A program made the translations under genes and the position numbers. The notes under the pieces are model-generated. The model searched no databases. It had not been told where the DNA came from and saw only the letters and a program-made list of their open reading frames with translations. Below are positions 9,455 to 18,541 of a stretch of 57,896 bases of DNA, piece after piece (within the stretch, counting starts at the first letter, position 1; the number at the start of each line of letters is the position of its first letter). Location of the stretch: the sequence record SRR31156797_7071; one strand, given 5' to 3'.

Positions 9455-10492
9455 CTACTGTCTGTCCCCGCCATCCTCTGCTTCCGTGTTATGTTGGACG
9501 GCGGCAGTAGATTCGCGGACAACCAGTTTGGTCTCCATCATATGTTGTTCCGGTTTCTCCGGAGTTTCCATTCTTTGCAGCAGGAGTTCACAGGCTCGTC
9601 TTCCCATTTCATAGGCGGGCTGACGAATAGTAGTCAGAGCCGGGACCATGTATGAGGCTGTGGGCATGTCATCAAAACCCACGATAGACAGATCCTCAGG
9701 CAGAGATAAGCCCGCTTCCCGTGCTCCCTTGATTGCTCCGAGGGCAATGTAGTCGTTGGAACAGAAAACAGCGCTGGGCGGGGAGTCCTGTTTAAGGAGC
9801 TGTTTGATTGAGTCCCGTCCCCCGGAAAGGGAGTACTCGGTCTGGACCAGCAGCTCTTTGTCGTAGGAAATCTCATTGTCCTTGAGGCATTGGCGGTAGC
9901 CGTGCCAGCGGTGGTAAGACCTGTCAGTCACAGTAAAACTACCCGCGATCATGCCTATTCTACGGTGCCCCAAAGAAATAAGATGTTCGGTCGCAACGTA
10001 GCCGCCCCGGTAGTTATCAACACCAACGGCGGAAATAGGACCTCCCTTGACCGTGCTGAAAAGCAGAACAAAGGGAATTTTTTCATCCACAAGGGTCTTG
10101 ATTATTTCGCCCTTGGGATTGGTCGTGGTGATGATCAGTCCGTCCACCTGACTTTCACGCAATGCTTTTATCAGGCTTTCTTCCTGTGAAATTTTGTAGG
10201 ATGTGTTGCCGAGGATTACTTTAATTTGTTTTTCTTCGGCATATTCCTGAACTCCAAGGGTAGATTCAGCAAAGACAGGGTTGTTGATGTTGGGAATGAT
10301 CAGTCCGATGGTGTTGGACTTCTTGGTGGCGAAGCCGCGTGCGAGGGCATTGTATTTATAGTTGCACATCTTCATGGCCCGGAGAACTTTTTCACGGGTT
10401 TTTTCTCGCACAGTATCGGGTGAATTGATAACCCGGGACACCGTGGCGGTGGAAACTTGTGCTAAGCGTGCAACATCACGAATAGTACTCAC
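9455..10492 (-). CDS. LacI family transcriptional regulator
   Basis: TIRDVARLAQVSTATVSRVIN HTH; PEDLSIVGFDD; LTTIRQP. GTG at 10492 has a GAGG RBS and is preferred over ATG 10504. Confidence 0.95.
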   Translation of the reverse strand: MSTIRDVARLAQVSTATVSRVINSPDTVREKTREKVLRAMKMCNYKYNALARGFATKKSNTIGLIIPNINNPVFAESTLGVQEYAEEKQIKVILGNTSYKISQEESLIKALRESQVDGLIITTTNPKGEIIKTLVDEKIPFVLLFSTVKGGPISAVGVDNYRGGYVATEHLISLGHRRIGMIAGSFTVTDRSYHRWHGYRQCLKDNEISYDKELLVQTEYSLSGGRDSIKQLLKQDSPPSAVFCSNDYIALGAIKGAREAGLSLPEDLSIVGFDDMPTASYMVPALTTIRQPAYEMGRRACELLLQRMETPEKPEQHMMETKLVVRESTAAVQHNTEAEDGGDRQ

Positions 10493-10505
10493 AGACGACC
10501 TCATT

Positions 10506-10521
10506 ATGTAAACGTTTACAT
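10506..10521. promoter_or_regulatory. LacI-type operator (perfect palindrome)
   Basis: ATGTAAACGTTTACAT, with the central AACGTT typical of LacI-family operators, directly upstream of the lacI-like gene. Confidence 0.8.
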
Positions 10522-10663
10522 TTTGTTAGCAGCTTGTTAATAATTGTGTCAACAAAATTGATAAAAATTGAATTTTGTGCTTGTTTTTATTGAATTTTTG
10601 TCTTTTATGATTTCAAATATTAAAAGCTTGAAGTGACATTATGATCTCGCTAGTGTCATTCAT

Positions 10664-10679
10664 ATGTAAACATATACAT
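10664..10679. promoter_or_regulatory. Second LacI-type operator
   Basis: ATGTAAACATATACAT is 14/16 identical to the 10506 palindrome and lies just upstream of the RBS of the MBL-fold gene. Confidence 0.7.
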
Positions 10680-10692
10680 TAGGAAAAAGGAC

Positions 10693-11991
10693 ATGCCGAT
10701 GACTATCAGTGCTTTACGAAAGCTGACAGAACAGGTGCAACGTATTGAATATTGCGGGATGTATGTTGATTTGGTGCGTACTTCAGCAGGCACGGTGCGG
10801 GTCGGCAGTATGCCTGATGTTGCTAAATTTCTGACCGAGCATGGCTTTCGGGAGGAAACCGTTGTAGTGCCGCCGTGGGAGGTTTTTCTTTCAGGTGATA
10901 ATCGTACTGGAGAGGAATTTGTACTCTGGCAGGCTCAGATCAAGGGTGGTATCCTGAAGGAGTACGTTGGCTTGGAGCAGGATGTAGAACAGCTTCACCG
11001 TAATCTTGAGTGTATTTTTCCGTATTTTTTTGATGATAAAAATCTCAAAGTAGTGCGCAAGGACTGGCTCGGCAAATGGTTTCACTATAGTGTTGCTGAC
11101 CCCTGTTATCGCAAGGGCAGTCTGGAGATCTGCTGCGAAGGTGGCAATGTTGTTGTGTCAGATGACGGATCGGTTTTATATGACCGCAATGATTTTGCTC
11201 CTGCTGGAACTCCCGATAAAGAAATCGAAGCCCTGCTGAAAACTATTCCCAGAGATAGCAAATTTCGCGAAAATCTTGAAGTGATCCCCATCGGTTGTGG
11301 AAACGGGGTTCACGGCACGGTTGCTAATACCATTGTACGTTTCGGTGAATATGTGGTCTGGATAGATCCCTGCGGGTATCCGGCCCAGACCCTGGTCCGA
11401 CATGGAATCCATTGGGATGATGTAACCCACTGCCTATTCACTCATAATCATGAAGACCATGTGCAGGGTTTTACTGCCTGTATGCAACGGGCGCGTAAGT
11501 ATAACCGGAAGTTGAAGTTGATTCTTGCCGACAATGTTTTCCGGGTGCTGACAGATCTTTATTCTCCGCTTTTTCCAGACTTGAAAGAGTCTGTGGAGGT
11601 CTTTTCGTTGCAGCCCGGAACCCCGTTACAATTAGGCCCAATCCAAATAGACTGCCGCTGGAATCATCATATCCTGCCTTACGGAACTATTGGTCTTAAA
11701 ATATCCGCCGGAGGCAGGAGTTTTGGCTATTCCGGAGATACCAAGTACGACGAGGAGATCAATAAAATTCTGAACCGTGCTGAACTTGAAGCCGAGTGGT
11801 TCGGTTCCTGCGATCTTGTTTTTCATGAAATAGAATTTGATAATCCGGACAGTGTGCATTCCCATTGGAAGCAGATTGAATCTTTGCAGAGTAAAATCAA
11901 AGGCAAAGTACTTGGTTACCATTGTCCGTTTTTGGCTAACACTCCTGTCCCTTTGGCTGAGGAAGGGCGTTGTTATATTCTGAATGGCTGA
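10693..11991 (+). CDS. MBL-fold metallo-hydrolase (RNase Z/phosphodiesterase-like) with N-terminal extension
   Basis: THNHEDH (HxHxDH), NHH, YSGDT, FHE, VHSH and GYH motifs in the C-terminal half. Confidence 0.82.
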   Translation: MPMTISALRKLTEQVQRIEYCGMYVDLVRTSAGTVRVGSMPDVAKFLTEHGFREETVVVPPWEVFLSGDNRTGEEFVLWQAQIKGGILKEYVGLEQDVEQLHRNLECIFPYFFDDKNLKVVRKDWLGKWFHYSVADPCYRKGSLEICCEGGNVVVSDDGSVLYDRNDFAPAGTPDKEIEALLKTIPRDSKFRENLEVIPIGCGNGVHGTVANTIVRFGEYVVWIDPCGYPAQTLVRHGIHWDDVTHCLFTHNHEDHVQGFTACMQRARKYNRKLKLILADNVFRVLTDLYSPLFPDLKESVEVFSLQPGTPLQLGPIQIDCRWNHHILPYGTIGLKISAGGRSFGYSGDTKYDEEINKILNRAELEAEWFGSCDLVFHEIEFDNPDSVHSHWKQIESLQSKIKGKVLGYHCPFLANTPVPLAEEGRCYILNG

Positions 11992-12071
11992 TGTTCTGAA
12001 CATCTCTCAATTTGCGTATATTGCTATTTTGCATTAATTCCCGGTGTTCCCGTCATCCTCGAGACAATTAA

Positions 12072-12473
12072 ATGGAGAAATTTATGGATATCAATACACA
12101 TGAGCAAATAGACACCGCACTGTGTGGCGAGCCGGTCGCTGTGGCCGAGGGAAGCAGTGACGTCCGTCTTGAATGTACCCGGAACATGGCTGCCGATGCC
12201 AGCGGGCTGGTCCACGGCGGTTTTATTTTCGGTATGGCTGATTATGCGGCAATGCTTTCAGTTAACCATCCCAATGTTGTGCTGGCGGGCGCTGAGAGCC
12301 GTTTTTTGAAGCCTTCCAAGGTTGGTGATGTTCTTATTGCTAAAGCCAGCGAGCAGGAAAAGGATGGACGTAAGCATATCGTTAAAGTGGATGTGTCCTG
12401 CAACGAAGAAGTCGTTTTCAGCGGTACTTTCACTTGTTTTGTTACCAAAGAACATGTTCTGGCAGGAGCATAG
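12072..12473 (+). CDS. PaaI family hotdog-fold thioesterase
   Basis: GLVHGGFIFGMADYAA; FLKP..VGD. Confidence 0.88.
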   Translation: MEKFMDINTHEQIDTALCGEPVAVAEGSSDVRLECTRNMAADASGLVHGGFIFGMADYAAMLSVNHPNVVLAGAESRFLKPSKVGDVLIAKASEQEKDGRKHIVKVDVSCNEEVVFSGTFTCFVTKEHVLAGA

Positions 12474-12501
12474 TTTTTTTTCCGGCATAAGAGAATAATA
12501 T

Positions 12502-12541
12502 AAAAAACCCCGCAATGTGTGAATACATTGCGGGGTTTTTT
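12502..12541. terminator. Bidirectional rho-independent terminator
   Basis: AAAAAACCCCGCAATGT-loop-ACATTGCGGGGTTTTTT between convergent genes. Confidence 0.9.
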
Positions 12542-12554
12542 ATTGGATAGCGGC

Positions 12555-13631
12555 TTAGAGATTGTACAGATTCATGTTGGGAGTCAGGCTTAATTCCATG
12601 TCCGGTTTGATGTGTTCTTTGGCTAATCGGCGGACATCATCCATGGTCTTTGCCGTGGAAAACTTGGCCAGCAGGCTGTGTCCAAATCGAAAATTGGCCG
12701 CAAAATAGGCCATGAACAGCCGGAATCGTTTGATTCCCCGGATGGGATCGAACTCCTGTTCCAAGGCTGTGGCCAGACGCAGGATGTAGTCTTGAAAAAT
12801 AGTGTCATCTGGTGTGTAACCTGTTGTCCACTGGGCAAAGAGCCATGGTTGGGCCATGGCCATACGGCCTATGGACACGCCATCACAGCCTGTTGAGTCC
12901 AGCATATCCTGACAGTGTTGTGGGGTCGTCACATTACCATTGCCAAAGACGGGAATTGAGACTGCTTCTTTGATGTAGCGGATGTGGTCAATGAAGGGGG
13001 GGCGGGTGCGTTTGTCCGGGGCCACTCGCGGGTGGAAGACTAGACAATCAGTCCCTGCTTTCTCAAGCTCTTTGGCCAAGGCCACTGCCGGTCCGATCTC
13101 TTTGGACCAGCCGGTGCGAAATTTTACAAATACAGGAATGGACACAGCCTTTCGTACGGCTTCTACTATAGTCACAGCCTTATCCGGCGTCTTGAGCAGG
13201 GCAGCTCCGGCCTCGCGTTTGATCATTCCCCGTGCCGAGCACCCCATGTTAATATCCACGCCAAAGAACCCTTCGCGTTCCACGCGCTTTGCTGCAATCA
13301 CCAACTCTTCCGGTGTGGCACCCACTATTTGACATACCAAGCTGGGCAGTTCCCACTCGTGCCACCGAAAAACCGGGGATACTCTGGGGTTTTCTGTTGG
13401 CACGGCCTTGGCGTTGCACATTTCCGTAAAGGCTAAGCCACAGGAACCATAATGGGCCAGAACCTGACGGAAGGCGCTGTGGGTCAATCCGGCCATGGGT
13501 GCCAGCCACAAACGATTTGGAATGGTTTTTCCGCCAATGGTAATGGGGGTACTTAGTTGGGCCGCCAATTTAGGCAAGTGTTTTGGAATGGATTCGGTCA
13601 TATGATCAGCAAGACTGTTTTTCGGTGTCAT
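12555..13631 (-). CDS. tRNA-dihydrouridine synthase family protein (DusB-like)
   Basis: LAPMAG, FTEM, GVDINMGC, GAALL, VKFRTG, HPR, GNGNV, GVSIGR. Confidence 0.9.
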   Translation of the reverse strand: MTPKNSLADHMTESIPKHLPKLAAQLSTPITIGGKTIPNRLWLAPMAGLTHSAFRQVLAHYGSCGLAFTEMCNAKAVPTENPRVSPVFRWHEWELPSLVCQIVGATPEELVIAAKRVEREGFFGVDINMGCSARGMIKREAGAALLKTPDKAVTIVEAVRKAVSIPVFVKFRTGWSKEIGPAVALAKELEKAGTDCLVFHPRVAPDKRTRPPFIDHIRYIKEAVSIPVFGNGNVTTPQHCQDMLDSTGCDGVSIGRMAMAQPWLFAQWTTGYTPDDTIFQDYILRLATALEQEFDPIRGIKRFRLFMAYFAANFRFGHSLLAKFSTAKTMDDVRRLAKEHIKPDMELSLTPNMNLYNL

Positions 13632-13697
13632 GGGATGCTGACTTCCGTATCCTGTTGTTGCACAACGGGCAAGTCTTGAGATTTTGAAAAAAGTTTT

Positions 13698-13742
13698 CCC
13701 CCTTTCTCCGGCAGTGGAGAGCCTGCCGGAGGAAAAGGGGGG
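13698..13742 (-). terminator. Putative terminator after nhaB
   Basis: CCCCCTTTCTCCGGCAG...CTGCCGGAGGAAAAGGGGGG imperfect stem, followed on the minus strand by a T-run. Confidence 0.6.
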
Positions 13743-13765
13743 CCGTGCAGATACGGCGCGGCAGT

Positions 13766-15388
13766 TTACAGGAAGTAATTAACTGCCGCGAGTCCCGTCA
13801 GGGACATTGTGATGGTGTATGGTAATGCCAGCATTACCATCCGGCCATATGAGAGGCGAATGACCGGTGCAAGAGCGGATGTCAGGAGAAAGAGGAAGGC
13901 TGCCTGGCCGTTAGGGGTAGCCACACTGGGGATATTGGTCCCGGTGTTAATGGCAACGGCCAGTTTGTCGAAGTGGTGCATGATCTCAATGACTTTCGTA
14001 GCGGTTGCTTGAGGCATCCCTGCGACAACATCAACCCTCGCCAGGTGCGGGTCGGTAAGCTTTTCCATCAGAGCCTGACCGCTCATGCCGATGTCCGGGA
14101 TAGTTCCCAGCAGATGTATGAAGTGAAGTTTTGTTTCAGATATATAGACCGTGGCAACAAATACATTATCCGAGATTGCGGAGAGCAATCCGTTGGCAAT
14201 GTAGTATGCGGCAAGCTGTGCATGGCCCTGCAGGCTGAGCACGAATTCGATGATCGGGTGGAAGATTTCCTGATCATGGATCACGGCCACAATGGAGAAG
14301 AAGACCACCAGCAACGCAGTAAAGGGAAGAGCTTCTTCAAAAGCCTTACCCAGTTGATGCTCTTCGATGTAGCCGTTCATGGAAGTGAGGAAGATGATCA
14401 CTGAAAGTCCGATGATCCCTACCGCGGCAAGGTGAAAAGCCAATGCTACCACCAGCCACACCCCGGTCAGGGACTGGATGATCAGTCTCGTCTTTCCGTT
14501 CTGTCCCTGTTTTTCTTCCAATTTTACAGCTGTTTCAAGCAGGTGAGAGCGGATGTTTCCGGGCAGTTTTGCGCCGTATCCGAAGAGATGGAATTTCTCC
14601 ACAGTCATGCAGGTCAGCAGCCCGATTGCAAGTACGGGTAGGGATACAGGCATGACTTCCAGAAAGAATTCCACGAAATGCCAGCCCATTTCACCGCCGA
14701 TAAGCAGGTTCTGGGGTTCGCCCACCAGTGTGCAGACTCCGCCCAGTGCGGTCCCTACAGCTCCGTGCATCATCAGGTTGCGCAGGAAAGCCCGGAATTC
14801 TTTCAGGTCTGAGCGATTCTTTTCAATTACAGCTTGGTCGCTACAGAGGTCATGCTCGCATTGCATGGTCTTGCCGGAGGCAAATCTGTGGTAAATATTG
14901 TAGAAACTGTAGGCCACGGCAATGATGACCGCGGTAACAGTGAGTGCGTCCAGAAAAGCAGAGAGAAATGCTCCGGCAAAACAGAACATCAGCGAGATGG
15001 TTATTTTTGAACGGACTCGGACCAGAATGCGGGTAAAAGTGAATTGCAGGAATTCTTTCATGAAGTAGATACCCGCAACCATGAAAATAAGCAGCAGGAT
15101 TACTTCGAAGTTGTTCAATGCTTCGTGATATATGGTTTCTGTTGAAGTCAGGCCCATGACCACTGCTTCAATTGCCAGCAATCCGCCCGCAGGAAGGGGG
15201 TAGCACTTCAGGGCCATTGCCAGTGTGAAAATGAATTCGGCGATCAGCGCCCAACCCGTGATTTGCGGTCCGGCTGTATACATGAGTATGGGGTTGATGA
15301 CCAGAAAGGCCAGTATAACTTTCTTGTACCATTTGGGGGCATGGCCGAGGAAGTTGTTCCCAAGTGATTGCAGGAATGTCTGCTGCAT
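13766..15388 (-). CDS. nhaB: Na+/H+ antiporter NhaB
   Basis: [42 protein letters not shown] and [24 protein letters not shown] are NhaB signatures. Confidence 0.96.
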   Translation of the reverse strand: MQQTFLQSLGNNFLGHAPKWYKKVILAFLVINPILMYTAGPQITGWALIAEFIFTLAMALKCYPLPAGGLLAIEAVVMGLTSTETIYHEALNNFEVILLLIFMVAGIYFMKEFLQFTFTRILVRVRSKITISLMFCFAGAFLSAFLDALTVTAVIIAVAYSFYNIYHRFASGKTMQCEHDLCSDQAVIEKNRSDLKEFRAFLRNLMMHGAVGTALGGVCTLVGEPQNLLIGGEMGWHFVEFFLEVMPVSLPVLAIGLLTCMTVEKFHLFGYGAKLPGNIRSHLLETAVKLEEKQGQNGKTRLIIQSLTGVWLVVALAFHLAAVGIIGLSVIIFLTSMNGYIEEHQLGKAFEEALPFTALLVVFFSIVAVIHDQEIFHPIIEFVLSLQGHAQLAAYYIANGLLSAISDNVFVATVYISETKLHFIHLLGTIPDIGMSGQALMEKLTDPHLARVDVVAGMPQATATKVIEIMHHFDKLAVAINTGTNIPSVATPNGQAAFLFLLTSALAPVIRLSYGRMVMLALPYTITMSLTGLAAVNYFL

Positions 15389-15417
15389 CAGAGTCTCCTT
15401 TTATTCTTTATGGAGTG

Positions 15418-17217
15418 TTAATAAAGTATCATCAGAGCGGAGATCATGACGGCCATATAGAGGAGGGTCATACCGGTCCCGGCCCGGACATAGTCGATGG
15501 TTTTGTAGCCTCCGGGGCGCATGATCAGGGCATTGACCTGATGTGTGGGCAGTACGAAGGTGTTCGAAGCTGCCACAGCAACGGTCAGGGCTGCGATGCG
15601 TGGATCTACTCCGGCATTTAAGGCCATGTTCATGGATAGCGGCACCAGCAAGACAGTTGCCCCCACATTTGAGGCCACAAGAGTGAAGAATGAAGTCAGT
15701 ATGCCTATAACTGTCAGCAGGGCTAATGCGGAGGGATGTCCCAGAGCAGCCATGATGGTATCGGCAATATATTTTGCGGCCCCGGTGTTTTCAAAGGCCA
15801 TACCTAACGGAATCAGCCCGCCGAGCAGGAATACGGTCATCCAGTCCACGGACTGGTAAGCCTCATCAATGCTCAAGACTTTGGTCAGGACCATGCCCAG
15901 TGCTCCGGTGAGCAGGGCGATGGATAGCTGGATATGTAAACCCAGGATCATGAACAGGGAAACCGCCAGCCACATGAGAGCCAGCTTTGCCTTACCTGTG
16001 CGCAGAATTTCGCCTTTTACATCTTCAGTGAAAACAAAGTCCGGGCGACCTTTGAGCATGTGGAACATTTCCCAGCGACCATGCAGCAGCAGGGCGTCCC
16101 CGGATTTAAGAGGAAGATCAGTCAGTCCGCTGATGAATAGTTTCTCGCCTCTGAAAACAGCCATAGGAGAAACTTGAAAGCGGTTGCGGATACCCAGTTC
16201 ACGAAGAGTCATGCCGACAAGTTCTGAACGGGGAGTTATAATACCTTCCATGATCCCGGCATTGTTTGGGGATAGTTCTTCTGCAAAAGTTTCGAGATCC
16301 TCTTTCAGGTCCCATCCATACTCTTTTGCCATGCTTTGAACGAATTCTTGGGGACCGACTACAGCCAGATGATCACCGGGCAGAATCTTTTCCAGTGCAT
16401 CAGGAGCTATTTTGTGGCTTTTACCTCTTTCGCGGGCAATGGCGACTACTGTTGAAAAGTAGATGGGCCGGAGTTCTAGGCCCATGAGATCATGATCACA
16501 TTCCCAGCTTTCGGGGACATGTATCTCATATAAAGAGCCGATGCCGCCGTAAGTGTTGGAAAGCAGTTCCGACATAGGGCCTGAAGTTTCATCCACATTT
16601 TTGCTGGGTAGGATGAAACGTCCCATAATGATGAAATAGATAAGTGCGGCAACGAGCAGGCAGATACCGATGGGGGTTACCCCGAACATTCCGAAAGGTT
16701 CGTAATGTTTTCCTCCTACAACCATGAGGTCGTTGAGCAGGATCAGCGGGCTGGAGCCGACAAGGGTCAGACAACCGCCGATGATGGCGCAGAAGCCCAT
16801 GGGCATGAGCAGCCTGCCCACCGGAACTCCGGTCTGGTTGCCGATACGTTTGGCCGCGGGAAGAAACAGAGCGGCGGCCCCTATATTTTGCATAAAGCCT
16901 GAAATAATGGCTACGGTCCCGGCTATGAGTGACATGATCCGGGTTTCACTTTTTCCGGCAAATTTGAGGATAACCCGGGCAAGGGAGTTCATTACTCCGG
17001 TCTTGTCCAGTCCGGCTCCGATAATGATAACCGCGATGATGGAGACAACAGCATTACTGCTTAAGCCGCTGATAGCCTGTTTAGGAGTGACAAGCCCGAG
17101 CAGGGGCAGCAAAACCATCATGATGATGCCGACTACGTCGACCCTCACCCATTCGAATATGAAAAGCAGCACCGCGAAAGCCAGCACTGCCATTACTAGA
17201 AGAATTTCTGGAGTCAT
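15418..17217 (-). CDS. SLC13/DASS family permease with TrkA-C domains
   Basis: RVDVV, GAGLDKTG, FMQNIGA, TLVGSSP, central RCK-C region, SNTFVLPTHQVNALIMRPGGYK. Confidence 0.9.
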   Translation of the reverse strand: MTPEILLVMAVLAFAVLLFIFEWVRVDVVGIIMMVLLPLLGLVTPKQAISGLSSNAVVSIIAVIIIGAGLDKTGVMNSLARVILKFAGKSETRIMSLIAGTVAIISGFMQNIGAAALFLPAAKRIGNQTGVPVGRLLMPMGFCAIIGGCLTLVGSSPLILLNDLMVVGGKHYEPFGMFGVTPIGICLLVAALIYFIIMGRFILPSKNVDETSGPMSELLSNTYGGIGSLYEIHVPESWECDHDLMGLELRPIYFSTVVAIARERGKSHKIAPDALEKILPGDHLAVVGPQEFVQSMAKEYGWDLKEDLETFAEELSPNNAGIMEGIITPRSELVGMTLRELGIRNRFQVSPMAVFRGEKLFISGLTDLPLKSGDALLLHGRWEMFHMLKGRPDFVFTEDVKGEILRTGKAKLALMWLAVSLFMILGLHIQLSIALLTGALGMVLTKVLSIDEAYQSVDWMTVFLLGGLIPLGMAFENTGAAKYIADTIMAALGHPSALALLTVIGILTSFFTLVASNVGATVLLVPLSMNMALNAGVDPRIAALTVAVAASNTFVLPTHQVNALIMRPGGYKTIDYVRAGTGMTLLYMAVMISALMILY

Positions 17218-17258
17218 AAGTATCCCTTTCGTCTTTGAAACAGCAATAAAATCCGGGA

Positions 17259-17870
17259 CTACCCGACCCTGAGTGTCGCTCGTGTGTATACTGGAATAGG
17301 TGCCACGGCATTTGGATTGCGGATAACATCTTCCATGACGTAGCGCAGTTCTTCGTCCTGATTGTGGAGTTCGGCCACAACGTAATCTTCGGCTCCTTGC
17401 TTTACAACGTGTGCGAACAGGAGACCGGCTTCCTCTGCCTTGTTGGAGAAATGAGAGATGTTTTTTGCGGATTGCGTACAGAAATCGCTGAAGTTCGAAC
17501 CCCGTTCATCAAGGTTCAATGCAATAAGGCTACTCTTGGTTCTGGCGGCCATTTCAACTGCGTAGTTCACTACTTTACCGGAAAAGGCGGCTCCTTTGCT
17601 TACCACAAGGATTTTTCCACCTGCACAGGTACATTCAGAAAGGTCATTAACCAATTCATTATTATCCTCTTGGGTCGTTTCTGTTTTTCCGTTGTTGGAT
17701 AAAAGGCGGTTGAATAAAGTGATCAAGAAAACCTCCTTCTCTTTGGGGGCAGCCAGAGTCTGATCCCGGTTGATGGCCCATGCACCAACATTACAGGTGT
17801 TGCATTGATTCGCTGCTTTTGTGGCATAAAAGCGTTCCAAAAGACCGATTACTCTTTGTTCTGTTGGCAT
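17259..17870 (-). CDS. Hypothetical protein, universal-stress-protein-like fold
   Basis: KILVVS...VVNYAVEMAARTKSSLIALN...HVVKQG resembles USP. A second in-frame start (TTG 17726) has its own RBS. Confidence 0.65.
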   Translation of the reverse strand: MPTEQRVIGLLERFYATKAANQCNTCNVGAWAINRDQTLAAPKEKEVFLITLFNRLLSNNGKTETTQEDNNELVNDLSECTCAGGKILVVSKGAAFSGKVVNYAVEMAARTKSSLIALNLDERGSNFSDFCTQSAKNISHFSNKAEEAGLLFAHVVKQGAEDYVVAELHNQDEELRYVMEDVIRNPNAVAPIPVYTRATLRVG

Positions 17871-17917
17871 GGTGCCTCCTGATTGTTGTTCCTTTCTTTG
17901 AATTTGTTCCCCTATAA

Positions 17918-17933
17918 ATCAATATCCATGCCA
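17918..17933 (-). promoter_or_regulatory. Probable sigma-54 promoter for the USP-like/SLC13/nhaB operon
   Basis: Minus strand TGGCAT-GGATA-TTGAT (GG intact, -12 GC changed to GA); an NtrC-type regulator is encoded upstream. Confidence 0.55.
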
Positions 17934-18006
17934 AGGCTTTTTTAGAGTATAAAACCTTTGAAAGCGGGTAGTTATGATATTTATGTTTTGAGGGAGTTTG
18001 GGCAGG

Positions 18007-18267
18007 CGTTACTATCTGCAACATTTTCGGGAGCAGAGTTGTTGATCTGACTGGAAAGGGCTTGAATCAGGGGAAGTGGAGGTGTTGCTTTTTGCAACAT
18101 GGAGAGTGTTTATTTTACCGCCTGATGGTGTGGATTACTTAATGTTCTAACGTAGGTTGATAATTTGAAAAACAATATTGGCTTTTAATTTTATGGGCTT
18201 AGCGTGTTTTGGGGAGATGTTGTGCTAAAATGTACAGAGTGGGTTTGAATTGTTTCAACATGCAACA
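18007..18267. promoter_or_regulatory. Three TGTTGC-N5-GCAACA-type sites (putative enhancer)
   Basis: CGTTACtatctGCAACA 18007-18023, TGTTGCtttttGCAACA 18083-18099 (perfect) and TGTTTCaacatGCAACA 18251-18267. Confidence 0.6.
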
Positions 18268-18373
18268 TTAACATGACTATATATTAATGATATTAAGCAG
18301 ATAGTGTGCGTGGATGTCCTGTGCACGGGAGTCCTGTTCAAATTATATAGGTAAATATTGTCCGGAGGACTCA

Positions 18374-18541
18374 ATGAAATGGGTTGGCAGGAAGAGTGCT
18401 GAGAACTCTCGTTCTGAAGAGAATGAAATTGATACCCGTGCCGGGCTGGAGAACGTAACTGAAAGTATGGCCGATGATATATACAGACGGGTGGAATCAG
18501 CCGACCTTCCTGCCTATTTTTTTGAAGCTGTTTTGACCTAA
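18374..18541 (+). CDS. Small hypothetical protein (55 aa)
   Basis: GGAGG 5 nt before ATG 18374; fills an otherwise non-coding gap; its stop overlaps the stop of the convergent gene. Confidence 0.4.
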   Translation: MKWVGRKSAENSRSEENEIDTRAGLENVTESMADDIYRRVESADLPAYFFEAVLT

